Positions 45,873-58,275 of a stretch of DNA of 64,000 nucleotides are shown here, piece by piece. Positions within the stretch are counted from its first letter, which is position 1. Every line of letters begins with the position of its first letter. Below the pieces are notes generated by a model. That model was not told the DNA's origin and made no database searches. It saw nothing but the letters and a program-made list of their open reading frames with translations. The DNA comes from Convolutriloba macropyga (lineage: Eukaryota): positions 76,012,001 to 76,076,000 of the forward strand of contig NC_134469.1 in the NCBI RefSeq assembly GCF_964194025.1, in the 5' to 3' direction. The position numbers were made by a program, and so were the translations under genes.

Positions 45873-48800
45873 TCACTCAGATATGATACCGAATCTATGT
45901 TTCAAGTGTGTTCCTTTTTTGTGACCTTTAGAGTTGCTGTAATATAAGGGTTTGCGAGGATAATGCGGAAAAGTCTTGAGGATGCCTTTTGTCTCAGGTT
46001 GGGTAGTTTGAGTATGCCATACGTGAACAAAATTGGGCCCTGAAATTCACAAAAACATATATGGTCCAGTGTTGAAAATCACTGTTCTTGTTAATTTCTT
46101 TCAAAGGAAAATTGTAGAAATTGCCGTTGGTCTATCTTTTTAATGCAATTTTTAGTATTATCGACTTTTTGTTTGGTAGTTTTTTTTAATTTCGGCCGGC
46201 AGTTGTTGGTTATGTTTTCCCTATTGCTTTTATTTCTTCTGGTGTTTTTCTAGGCTTTTTTAATGTGTACTTCAATCCTTCTATTAATTTCTTTCATCTT
46301 TGGGGAAAAGAAGACTTTTATCCTTCAGGCGAGTGTTCTAACTGCGTGTTATGACAAAACGGGGGAAAATTTTACTTCAGAGAGGAAATTTTTGTATGCA
46401 ATGAATGTTTTGTGCAGACGCCTGCGAGCCTTTGCATTTTTGTGAGTGGGGCAGATATTCAAAAAAATTGCACATGAATTAGTCCGTTTTTAAAGTCTTA
46501 CCAATGGACTATATAAGCACTAATAACATCATTTGAGGCTCCTTGATAAGCCCAATGCGCTGCTTCTAACCACGCCCCCCTACCGGAAGCAGAATGTAAT
46601 AAGAGCGAGCCTCGGTCAGTCATGCGAGAGCACATCTTCCGAAATTTGTTGGTTATGATTTATAGCCGCGTCCTCAATTCCAGCGCTCCTAAATTTTTTT
46701 ACAATTCAAAGAATTTGAATTGTAGTGGGGCGCTGTTTTTTTATTTTTTAAGATGTGTTCACACATTTTTCAATGACTTTCATCTTTTAAAATGGGATAA
46801 ACAGGTAACGCCCAGCCGGCATTAGGTTTCATTAGAAGCCCAAAGTGAGATTCATTAGTCCTTCAAGTGCTTAGAGTGGTGCAGCTGCTGGGATGGCCTT
46901 AATTAAAGGTTAAAAGGTCATTTTTAGGAGTTTTTGGGCTCAAAATGTTGCAATTTTTCATGTTTGTGATTTTTTTTATTTTGTTTGTCTTACGTTGAAG
47001 TTTTTGAAAAATGATGAAGGCCTTTTGCGATACAAAATAACTTGTTATGACCATTTTATGAGCTATATGTTTTGGTACTACAAATACAAACATGCAAAAT
47101 GATACTAATTTTGGCAATTTTTTTCAAGTTTTTTCAAAATTTTTGTCATTTTTTGAGTTTTCTAGATTCAGGGGCCAAGAAATGTCATTTGTGGTTTGAC
47201 AATAGAGCACTGCATGGTTTGTAGTAATAATGGATTGTTTTTCAACATTTTAATGTCTCGAAATTTGGCATTTTTATATATAAATTTTGCAATTTTTTCA
47301 AGGTTTTCTGAAGTTTTTGTTAAATTTTGATATTTGTCCATTCTCAAGTGCTGGAAAACCTATTCCACTGTCTGATAAGAAGTTACTGCATGATTGCTGA
47401 CTTTAATGGATTTGTTATCAACAATTTAGCTTTTCGAATTTTAGAAATTTTTTGATCAAATTTGCAATTTTAATTTTTTTTAAACATTTGTCTTATATTC
47501 AGTTTTCTTTGCTTCAGTAGCTATCTAACCTCATCCAGGGTGTGATAATATGTTGTTAGATAGCTGCTAGGGGAGAATTGAACGGTTTTCAACTTTTTAA
47601 TAGAACGAATTTCTATTTTTTGAATTTTGATATTTTTTCTAAGTTTTTGCCTACCGATCTTTGAGCCAATTAATTTTTTAATGCTTGGAATGGGGTTAAT
47701 GGATAGCCTCTTTGAGACACAGAAATGATTTTGAAGATATTAATATCACAATTTTCAGCAAAATTTTAATTTTTGCAATTGATTTCATTTTTTATATTTT
47801 TCGGTCATTTTTGAGTTAATCGATCTTCAAGGGCCAATGAATTTTTTCAGGTCATGCAGACATAATACTGGACCAATTTCAAAATCAAAAAATGGTCTTA
47901 AACATATTTTTGAAACGTGTATTTTTAAAGGGATGAAATTTTGCCTGAGGGAAAAAAGCTTCAAAAGTTTGAGTAATGAGTATATTTCTGTTTAGTTTGT
48001 TTGATTGTTTTAGTTTCTCAATTTTTTTAGATGATTTTGTTTGTTTTGGCTTTGTTCAATTGATCTGCTGGTCAGGTAGAGTACTTTTAAGTTTTCCATT
48101 CAATTCTTTGAATCGTATTTCAGGACTTGTCCTGCTATGTTTTTTTTTAACTTCGTCTAACATATTTTTGTTTCGTCTTACACTGACGTCTTGGAATTGA
48201 CTTTTTCACTGACTTACCTCACTCAAAAATATGACTTCGGAACTCACTTATGGAACTTAAAACCTTATGAACATTTACTTGTTAAAGGTCTATAGTGTGC
48301 ATCTAAGTATTGACAAACATATATGCCCTAATTCTTGATTATTAGAGTCTTGAGTTTTTGATTTCGAATATTAATTTTGGGATCTTCTCTGTTTGTGCCC
48401 CCAGTACGTTATGCACTCCCAGTTACAGAGCACGTGCCATTGCATAGTAAGTCATTATGTAAAAAATATTGCACGTGCATCTGAGGGGTGTAAATAATAT
48501 GCGCCCACTATACTGAGGGGGCACAAACGGAAAAGATCCTAGTTTTGAAAAGCCCTATTAGGGCTTTCTCCTTATAGAGCTTATGTGTCTCATAAAAATG
48601 ACAGTCCAAAGCTAACCCAAAAAGTCTAGTGGTCTATTAAAGGACTGGTGGTCGATCTGTCTATCTAATCTCTTTAGTTGTTTCAATTCATGGCAGGCCC
48701 CAAGCGTCTATCGCGGCTATTTTCCGGCAATCTGCCGGCTATGTTTGTTTTTTTTTGTGGCTTTACCTTGTACAGTGCACAGTTTTGTCTATATACAATA

Positions 48801-51265
48801 ACTCGCTTACATGCAGTAGTTTTTCTGGCGCTAGGCTATCTAAATTGTTTGTTTTTGTTTGGGAGGGGGGATACCCGATTAATTCTGGCCAGATTTTACA
48901 ATGTTTTCATGGCTAACCTGTGAACACCTCCAACTGACTGACCTCAACTCCCAGGTTTTCTAAGAACTGGTTTTCTAAGTGCCCCTGAACAAACCAACAG
49001 GCTATGGAAATAATCGTAAATGAGGTATTCGATTAGTTGTTTAATGGTGATACCTTACGAGTATGTTGAAAGAGGACTGGGCGAAATGTTCTTGACCTAC
49101 TGAGGAAGAAGTTCAAATTGATGACGATGCCAGCCATGTCGATGCAGAATTCCCTATCTCCATTCCATCCTGTCTTCCATCCGATTACTTTTCCCTCTTC
49201 CGATACTAACGGACCCTATTTCCAGGATTTTGACTTGTTAATTTTCTCAGAGAATGCTTAAGTGCAATAATATATGCGCGATCCTTTCTTTAAAAGAAAT
49301 TGCCCGTGTTTACGCTTTGTGAAGTCTGCTTCAGTGATTCTTTCACTTAAATTTATTTCGCTTTGTGAACTTTTGGTCGTTAAACATAAAAATCCAGAAT
49401 TTTTTTTGTGGTTGCTAGATACATTCGATGAACCGAAATCATCGCAATTGGGACCATGAAAACTATGATCTTGGATATGGTTTGTCCGAAACCACAGAAA
49501 TTTCTGCTAATATTGCAGTTTCATCTCAGCGCATAGCATTTAAATTAAATTTGCAGTTTGCTGTGATAGTTTATTTCGTAGGCCATGAAAATGGCCGCAT
49601 TTTGCGATTTACTCCCTTAAATTTTTACTATTAGGATTGTCAAAATCCTGCCTCAAACGGAAGCCCGGCGATCAGCCCCACGTTGAACACTCCGACTGTT
49701 TTCACCCATCGTATCTGATTGAGGAATGCGGCATCGTAAGTGTTGTCGTCGTCTGCAAAGTAGAGAGCTCCATTAGTATCTAATTTGAGCTTGACAATTT
49801 CTACCAGGGCGCGGTTCCGCTGTGCGACTCCACGGTCCACTTCCCTCCTCTCTGAATCTTCATTAATGTAAATTAATCTAAGCACAAGTTGAAGCAAAAA
49901 ATTGTAAGAATTCAAGTTGTTATCTGCTGTGAGTTCTTGAGCTTTTTTCTTTCACATGGAGTTTTCTTTCACGACACAAATAGATGAGTTAGAAAATTTT
50001 GAAAAATTGTGCAGACTTACAGCTAGAATGCGACATGCCTGTCCTAGGAAATATTTGATGGGTTTTTACAAAAGTAAGTTCAAAGCAAGACTTGAACATG
50101 GTCTCCTTATACATGGATCTGTCAGTAAAAACATTGGAATCCTTGATTAAGACTCAAACTTAGGAATCAGACTTATTTTTCAAAAAGTTTCGGGACTCCG
50201 TTAATGATCTTTTAACTTTAATATATGCTTAATGTATTAGCTCTATTTAAGACAACTTCTCGTTTTTGCATTGAAAGCTGCAAACAATTTTCATTGTAGT
50301 AGTTCCTAAACGATCTTGAACACTAGGAACCAAAACACATTATCAAACAAGAAGACAAATATGAAACTCATATATAAACGAAGAAATGCATAGGAGAAAT
50401 GCAAAACGAAGAAAATGCAGTTTTTGTTACAAAATAGAGCAAACAGAATGCTTAATTATATAGTTACTAATGAACTGATACCACCAGATTACAGGTCCTA
50501 CAATTAAATGCAAATCAGAGATTTTTGTAGGAAAGGAACTAAATGGGTAATTATGCAAAATGAGTCTTTATTGGTTTGCATTTTTCTTTGAAGAAACTTG
50601 AAGGGGTGCTGTCGTATTGTCCGCTGCATGATTTTGTAAACTTTATATGCGAAACTTAATTCCGTGAAGAAAAGCACTGAAGAAATTATTATTTTCGAGA
50701 TCTAAAGTTTTTTTAAAGCATTCTCAACGCAGGATGTTACTGCGTTGTCTAAATTGGTCTCCCGCTGCATGATGGCTCGCAGAACTTAGCTCTGCCTGGC
50801 AGCAATGACAGCCGCATATGCATTAATATCTTCAAGAATTTAGTAACTATTTCTAGTACCCTGCGGCTATGTAATGTTGAAATTTGGTTATTATTTTTTG
50901 AACCGCTCAATAGCTAAACTGTTTGGGTTGTGCAGACACATTTATAAAAACCTTGGAAAGTCTTCTATATATCTGTGGACTAGTGGATTGGTCCTATTGG
51001 CATCCTCAACCACAATCCATGCACATTTGGGCACCAATTTTAACGTCTGTTTCAGTCGCACTAAGTCTGCAATTTGTGTCTTCCTGCTGTAAGTGGGGGT
51101 GATAACATACAAAGTAGGCATCGAAATTTTCGAATTGTGATTCTGAATCTGATCTCGCACTTCGTTTGCAACTGAATTCTCAAAATAAGTCAATAAATTG
51201 TAGCACAATAGCAACGAAAGTAAAGCTGTTAGGAAGTACGAGGGCCTGAACCTGAAGAATCTCAT
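45873..51265 (-). CDS. B3GAT3: Galactosylgalactosylxylosylprotein 3-beta-glucuronosyltransferase (GT43, B3GAT/GlcAT-I-like), 5 exons, 311 aa
   Basis: Exons (minus) 51265-50952, 49877-49652, 49215-49054, 48984-48918, 46039-45873 (936 nt, phases consistent). N-terminal signal anchor; LYVITPTYSR, WIVVED, RGVAQRNRAL, YFADDDNTYD (DxD), GLPFEGP, IDMAG, GHLENQFL, VHVWHTQT. The family call is solid; the paralogue (B3GAT1/2/3) is uncertain. Confidence 0.9.
46661..48744 (+). mobile_element. Composite family A element inside B3GAT intron 4 (antisense to host), with a T-rich module and a nested MITE
   Basis: TATAGCCGC 5' end; GCGGCTATTTTCCGGCAATCTGCCGGCTATGTTT 3' end at 48713-48746. Confidence 0.68.
48380..48539. 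mobile_element. Same MITE family, nested in a family A element
   Basis: TIR GGATCTTCTCTGTTTGTGCCCCC / GGGGGCACAAACGGAAAAGATCC; TSD TAATTTTG/TAGTTTTG; empty site visible in the paralogous element near 10590. Confidence 0.85.
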
Positions 51266-53180
51266 ATCTAGTGGACAGAGCGCTGGACTTTAATTGCAAC
51301 TCTGATCTCAGATGAGCAGTTTGGTCAGGCGGAAGTTTGGTTACGATTGCATCTGCGTATCTCGTTTATATTTTATTAAATATGTTTTCCGTTTTTAGCT
51401 GCTCGGTTGATGAGCACAATTGAATTTTATGAATTGAGAAGCTCTAATGCTTAAATGCTGTGCCGGACACTGTATATATGCCAGTGGTATTCATTCATAT
51501 ATCTCTAATTTTGACTTGAATAACGAAGCGTAATTGAGTCACGGCTTTTAAAAAGCAGAACGTAATAAAAATGAGTTTGTTATTATAGTTTACTGAAAAT
51601 CTGTGTTTAGTACATGCGTAATTCAGATCTTTAATAACGAGTTGAGAACTTTGTTTAGAGCTTTTTCAAAAAAAGTAATAGACTATTGACAGTCAAAAGC
51701 TATATTTGAGAATTGTTTTTGACATGGCTCGTTGAGGTCTAGCTGCTTATCATAGTAGCCAGTAGGTGAGGCAATTTGATCAAATGAGAAGCTTAAAAAT
51801 GGAAATGAGGTCCTCAAAATCAGATTTGATTTATTTAAAAACTGATATGTTAAAGGGAAAACTAAAATTTTGCCGATGGAAACGGAAGACAAAAATTTTG
51901 AAGCTTCGATGTGAAAATGAGCCAACCAGTTATGACCTGCGGATATACTTTTTCCCTTTAATAGGTTTGGCGTTTCCCGGTATATCGAAGCTGAGAAAAC
52001 ATTGCAGTGATATGGCAATTTTGAAACTTGGATATACATAAAAGCCGCTTTCTTGAAACCCTAAGTGATGTGTAATACTTTTGCAGCTACTATTGCATTT
52101 TTTAAATGTGAGCTGAAAATATAAATCTTTCCCATTTTAACCGTTAGTCTGTGTAAAAAGAAAATGTAGGCCTTTGGAAATTATGGTCGTTAAATAATTT
52201 AATTTTGATAACATGAAAAGCCTTGATGTTTTTTTCTCGATCTGTTTGTCGAATATAGCTTGCAACTTGATTGGCATGCGTGACTGAGGTCAGTTATATG
52301 CTAAGTTTTTTCGTGGTCAATTGTGTGATCGACTGTTTGGTCATGCTTAAATTGCCAGGCTCGCGCTCAATCATAAAAATTTATTCAATCACCTTAAATG
52401 CAATTGAAGGAGCCGTACACTATGGCACTAAAAGGTACTTGCATGGTTTGAACTCATTAAGCATGATTTGTGCTAGAATTGTGGTGAGCCTTGAAAAAAG
52501 TATTTAACTCTGAACTTCTAAGAAAGGTTTCATCGCTTTGTCGGATTTAAAAAAATGTTGGTTGCATTCTTTTTGCCAAGTTGAGACCGCGCAGTGTCGG
52601 TTTTTGTGAATCAAAATAGAGAATAAATGAAGCTGAAATTGCGATGCCGCTCAAAGTGAGAATACAATCTTTAAAACAGTTAATAGGCCAAGAACTGAGG
52701 CACAGATATCGGAGCAGAAAGAAGCGAAGTGCCAAAATATCCCAAATCTATGGCCCTTCACTTTTTCCCACTTTGTTTTTGACAGATTCACAGAATATTA
52801 ACATGAACATACTTTAAACAACATAAGTAGTTCATATTTGAGTAAACGACATCGTTATCGTAGTTTCGTGTAATCGCTATTTTTCATTGCAATTTATTCT
52901 CTGATTTTCAGCAAAAATATCTCTGCTACTGGACAGCAATTGAGATTTTTCGTCAAAAACTAGGACTAGGGCTATTCAGACAAGGGTAAAATTCCGAAGC
53001 GGGGAAGAAAACCGAAAATAAAATTTTACTTTTTTACTTGGAACAATCCTTCTTATGATTGACTGTGACATGAAATATGACAAAAATTAACTTTTTATTT
53101 AGATTTTTGAATTTTTATCTATTGGCTCTCGAACTATGTTTTGGCAATTTTTGTTGTCGCATGTTTTATATAGCGTTTTT

Positions 53181-54183
53181 AATAGCCGCACAGCGATAGC
53201 TGGGGCTATTATTGGCCTTCTCTTGGTTTTTCTTTATTTCGTTGTCATGATTTTTGTTACGACCATATGACGTCACAGCCACTTTTTGTTCATTCGTTCA
53301 TGCAATTTCAACTGAATTGCATGTGTGACGTCATTTTTCACTCTTAATGGGGCGAGTTTTTTTGTTCATGCGCGTGATTAAATTTTTGGTCACACTTGAC
53401 TTACCTCACTCTCAAAAATGACTTCCTCACTTTGAAATCGACTTTTATTTACTTTAATTCAAAGAGATAAGGTCAAATGGGTGTGTGTCACTCTAAATGA
53501 AGGTTATTTGAAATCAGCTAATATAGGCAGCAATAACTTATACAGATTTTTAATCAAAATATAACAGATCAACCTTCAATGAAAAGACGAATTTTTTTGG
53601 TCTGTCTTTTTTACTGTTTTTTTAGACTGCCGATCTGCGAATCTATTGCGGCTATTTTCTGGCTATCTGCCAGCTATGTTTAATAGCCGCACAGCGATAG
53701 CTGGGGCTATTATTGGCCTTCTCTTGGTTTTTTTTTTATTTCGTCGTCATGATTTTTGTTACGACCATATGACGTCACAGCCACTTTTTGTTCATTCGTT
53801 CATGCAATTTCAACTGAATTGCATGTGTGACGTCATTTTTCACTCTTAATGGAGCGAGTTTTTTTGTTCATGCGCGTGATTAAATTTTTGGTCACACTTG
53901 ACTTACCTCACTCTCAAAAATGACTTCCTCACTTTGAAATCGACTTTTATTTACTTTAATTCAATGAGATAAGGTCAAATGGGTGTGTGTCACTCTAAAT
54001 GAAGGTTATTTGAAATCAGCTAATAGAGGCAGCAATAACTTATACAGATGTTTAATCAAAATATAACAGATCAACCTTCAATGAAAAGACGAATTTTTTT
54101 GGTCTGTCTTTTTTACTGTTTTTTTTTAGACTGCCGATCTGCGAATCTATTGCGGTTATTTTCTGGCAATCTGCCAGCTATGT
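53181..54183 (+). mobile_element. Head-to-tail dimer of a 501-bp family A element
   Basis: Units 53181-53681 and 53682-54183 are nearly identical; junction GCCAGCTATGTTT|AATAGCCGC; no TSD. Confidence 0.85.
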
Positions 54184-54673
54184 TTGTTTTATGCGAATTT
54201 TTTGTTTAACCGTTTTTGTGTTCACGAATATGCTTTCGCTCGTTTGAACAATTTGACATTGCTTCAGAAGAAACGGGATAAACTGGTTGAGCCCGAGGGC
54301 ATTAAGTTGTTTTGTAGTTCTTTTAGAAGAGCCTTAGTAGGTTCTAAGTGTTTGGTTCGCCGAAGCAGCTGAGTGAGAATGGCAATTGTTTAAGTTTTAC
54401 CACCTCCTCTCCTATTTCCGAGTGAGCTAGCGAAAACCAAAACAACCCCCTCGCCAGTCGTGCAAAAGCAATTCGTCCGACAGTAGTTGGTTGTTTAGTG
54501 TATGTCAACGCCAACGCATAAATTAAGTGATGCAAAGAATTTAACAGTCCTATTTTCAGCCTATTTATCCATTTTCGCCATGTTATGCCTATCAAATAAT
54601 TTTGTTATTCAATGTTCCTCTACACTGATGGTAGTTAATAAAACATGCAACTGAACTGTTTTTCAGATTAATA

Positions 54674-57326
54674 ATGTCCCTCAAAAGACCCTTAGATAGT
54701 AATCCCAAAATTGATTCGCCAATGGCCAAATTGACCACTAAAGGTGAAGTAATGTGCACATTATGTGGCAAGATTATTAAACCAGCCTCTCAGAAACTGT
54801 GGAACGCTCATGTAATCTCGGTTAAGCACAAAGAAATGTTGGAAATGCTACGTCAGAGTGTGAATAGCAAGAAATCGGACACCAATGTCCAACAAACAGT
54901 CAAAGATGAGAATAATGTTGCTGAAACTGTAGCGGCTGTTCATCCATCGTTATCGATTGGTCCTCCCACGAAAGGCATCCTGAAAAATAAACGTCGACCC
55001 AGTGAGCAACCAATTGTTTTCACACCTTCTGCGAAGAGTGGCAATAATGCAATATCAGAAAATACTCCAGGGAAAAACATCAGTGCATCTACGGTATCAC
55101 CGACGCCTCCGAAACAGTCGAAACTCGCTGATTCAACAACAACAACAGGTTTTTTGTTATTTTTCATTAGAAATCACCATACCTATGCATTCTGGGCTCT
55201 GTAGACCATTTTTTTTCGAAAATATTGAGCATCGACTGAGCGAAACAAAAATCAGTGCGAAGTATTTGATTTGCTCCGCCGGCCTCAGCATCGAGTTCAA
55301 CGGTTTGATCCATTCAGATATTATGCCTGATCAAGCGGAAACTTAATTGACTGAAGTAAATATACGTTAATATTAACTGATTTTTAACAATCATATTGTT
55401 TTCACGCTTCTCGTGAAGTGTCTTCATTTCCTGCGATTGGCGGAAAAGGTGTCCCACTTAGAAATGCACATACGAGAATCAATAAATAGGTGTAATGATC
55501 ATGACAATGTTTGCATTGATATTCTAACTTTTTTTAAAACAAGTAAATTGAAAATATAACCCAGGGGTTAAATATTACAAGTTTAAAATTATATAAACAA
55601 AATCAGTACAATTTTTTCTTACTACAGTTTTTTTACAGTTTTTTCTTACTAAGACATTACCACTTAAACAAAAACTCTCAGTGCCGTGTGTTTTCAATAA
55701 TGAAATATCATTCCTAAGTTTTGAAACACTCATCTGGCTTATTAAAAATTCTGCAGGCAAAATGTCAGATTTTACTAAGAGATCTGTAGAGCTCTCAAAC
55801 TTTTTTCTCATATAGCAAACTTTAATACCCCAATTGATTTGTCGATTAATTCGCTGCATTGCAGAGAAATTCAAGTTCTGAAAAAATAGAGCACTGAATA
55901 TTAAATGAGAAAGACTAGGGATTTGAATAGCATAGACTTAAATATAGACTATCTCTATTTGAAATTTGCAACCATTATAATGGTAGATTTAAAGTGTACT
56001 GGATAGTCCCACCTCTATATTAACCTCTATATGTTAATAGAGGCTATATTAACAATTATAATCGCAAAACAAGCATTATTTCACATTTAAAATGATTACA
56101 GGATAAAGGAAACAGTTCATTATTTTTAGATCACGGAATCTGTTCGGTAGTGTGTAGTGTCTGATTGATTGTTGTGATAGGTGTTAAGTCACCAAACAGT
56201 GGACAGAAGAGCATATCACAAGTAGTGAGTGATGTAACTGTTGATATGGAAGAGGCGGAAGGCAGTAGCAGTGGCGAGAGGGGAGATGCCGAATACGCTG
56301 GTACAAAGAAGAAAAAAGAAGAGGAAATTGACATGACTTCCGAATTACCCGCTGGCTTCTTTGATGATCCAAAATTGGATGCAAAAGCACGAAATATAGA
56401 GTACGTGGACCCAATGGAAAAAGAGCTTCAGGAGTTCCAAAAAGTCATGCAACAGGTTTGTAAGATTTTGTAAAATGATTTGATTCTGTAACGCATGAGT
56501 AGTGTTTTGAGTAACGAAGTAGCTGAATGACAAATATTCATTTTAATACGAATGCTTTTAAACTCAATCAAAACTTCCAACTTGGTGAATGGTAATGTGA
56601 TTAATCTCAGGTGCACTTTCAGAAAGTATTAATTAATTCTCTACAACAGTTAAGATATTAAATTAGGTATCTCTTGAAGGACAGGAGAAACGGAGCCCAC
56701 AGAACCTAAGAAGCATACCCCTTTGCCATTCTCATTAGAATAGTAATTTAAGAAAAACTTTTAATTGATATTTTCGTCTCATACACCAATCTATATTAAT
56801 GCCTCTAATGTAGGAAGAGCTGGCCTCTGAAATGATGCAAGTGGAAGAGACAACAATTACTTTGCACGAAAGAGAGATCGAACAGATTGAGGGACAAATG
56901 AGTTACTTTGCGAGGGCGGCAAACCTGTTTGAACAGAAGCGAAGCCACGAAATACCTCAAAACGGTCACAACAGTGCACAAGAAGCAGACATCCAACAGC
57001 AGCGCATATCAAAAGGTCCTGACGTTGACACGTCCAGCATGGAGACGAAAGACGTCATTGCCCATTTTCTCAAACTGGAGACAGACTCGAAGGGGGAAGA
57101 AGATAAAATGGACCAGGACAAAATGTCTTTGCAGGATAATATATTAGTGAAACTGAATGGAGCTATGCGTGATAATCTGGGCTCTTACGATAATATTTAC
57201 GCTCGGAACTTTGTCAAATCTGAGCCCGATAGTGCTTCAGATAACGGCAGTGACGTCGATGATATTTTTGATGAATTTTCAGAGTTTGACATGTCCAATT
57301 GGAGGAAGAAATCAATTTTGAAGTAG
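54674..57326 (+). CDS. ZNF830: Zinc finger protein 830 (CCDC16/Omcg1, XAB2 complex), 3 coding exons, 420 aa
   Basis: Exons 54674-55148, 56181-56455, 56814-57326, phase-consistent. KIDSPMAK; U1-type finger CTLC..LWNAHVISVKH; LPAGFFDDPKLDAKAR; coiled coil; C-terminal NWRKK. Confidence 0.88.
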
Positions 57327-57754
57327 TGTTCCAAATTTGCCTGGAGCGATTAAAATACGTGGGTGATAAAATGTTTCTACTACATTATCAACAATAATTT
57401 TTTTCGAACTGCGACTAAATGGTAATACCTGCAGTTCAAATTAACGTGAAAACGGGTGCTTGTGTTTCGTAAATAGAAGTGTGAACGTTTTTCCAATTAG
57501 ATTTTCAGTTCTTGAACATCTGCTGCTGAATGTATTGACCTTATTTGGTGGAGGGAGTTTGTTCAAATATTTTATGGAGTAATAACTGAAATCGTTTCAG
57601 ATTGTTTTTGCAGTGAGAGAGCGTGTCATCTGTAGAAGTTTCTGGAACCATGTCCGAACAAATAATGCTGAGATTTTGTATGTTTGAATGACATTCTTTC
57701 TGCAGTCGACACACATGCAGAGATCTTTTTGTATCGGGTTTTTAATTGGTCAAA

Positions 57755-58240
57755 ATGTCAACCAATGGCGTTTCGAGTGATGTGTTCCACCTTCTATACG
57801 AATCAGAAGACGATGACGACGAATTTGAACTTAACAATCGAACACAATACGCAAAAGCACCCCTTATTAACCACAACAACAATCACCGGAATGCAAAATC
57901 TCTTTTCAAGACAGGGCCGCCAAATAGCCACCCGGTATTGCCTTCAGAACCTCCCGTCAACATGCTTCCTAATGACTCAGTCACAGTGGCCTCAAGAAAT
58001 GGTATTATCAAGATCCCCAAGGGTACCATGCCCCCGTCCATGGTTCGAAGCCGCTCCTCGGGAAAAGTTGCCGAGACGAGTTTCTTCGGAGCTGATTCGA
58101 TGCAGGGCGACGGTGTGCGCATCTCACGCGATTGCATGCAACAGGCGGAAGAGGCGGCTATGGAGGCAGATAGCTTTGTATATAAGAAGATGCACCCTAC
58201 GGACACAATACAGGGCATTGCGTTGCAGTATCACACAACA
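57755..58240 (+). CDS. First coding exon of a LysM-domain protein (LYSMD3/LYSMD4-like); gene continues beyond the window
   Basis: ATG at 57755; acidic EDDDDEFELNNR motif resembling LYSMD3 EEDAEVYELR; ends in the LysM start FVYKKMHPTDTIQGIALQYHTT followed by a strong donor GTAAGT at 58241. No downstream exon was found in the window. Confidence 0.75.
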
Positions 58241-58275
58241 GTAAGTTACATTTTCTGTTCAGTATGTATTTTACT

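Noticed and set aside
51683-52735. ORFs between B3GAT and ZNF830
   Set aside because: No recognisable domains, mostly non-ATG starts, no coherent splice chain.
57684-58244. 186-aa alternative-frame ORF and the antisense ORF 57883-58218
   Set aside because: Shadows of the LysM exon, whose frame has the domain motif and a phase-0 donor.
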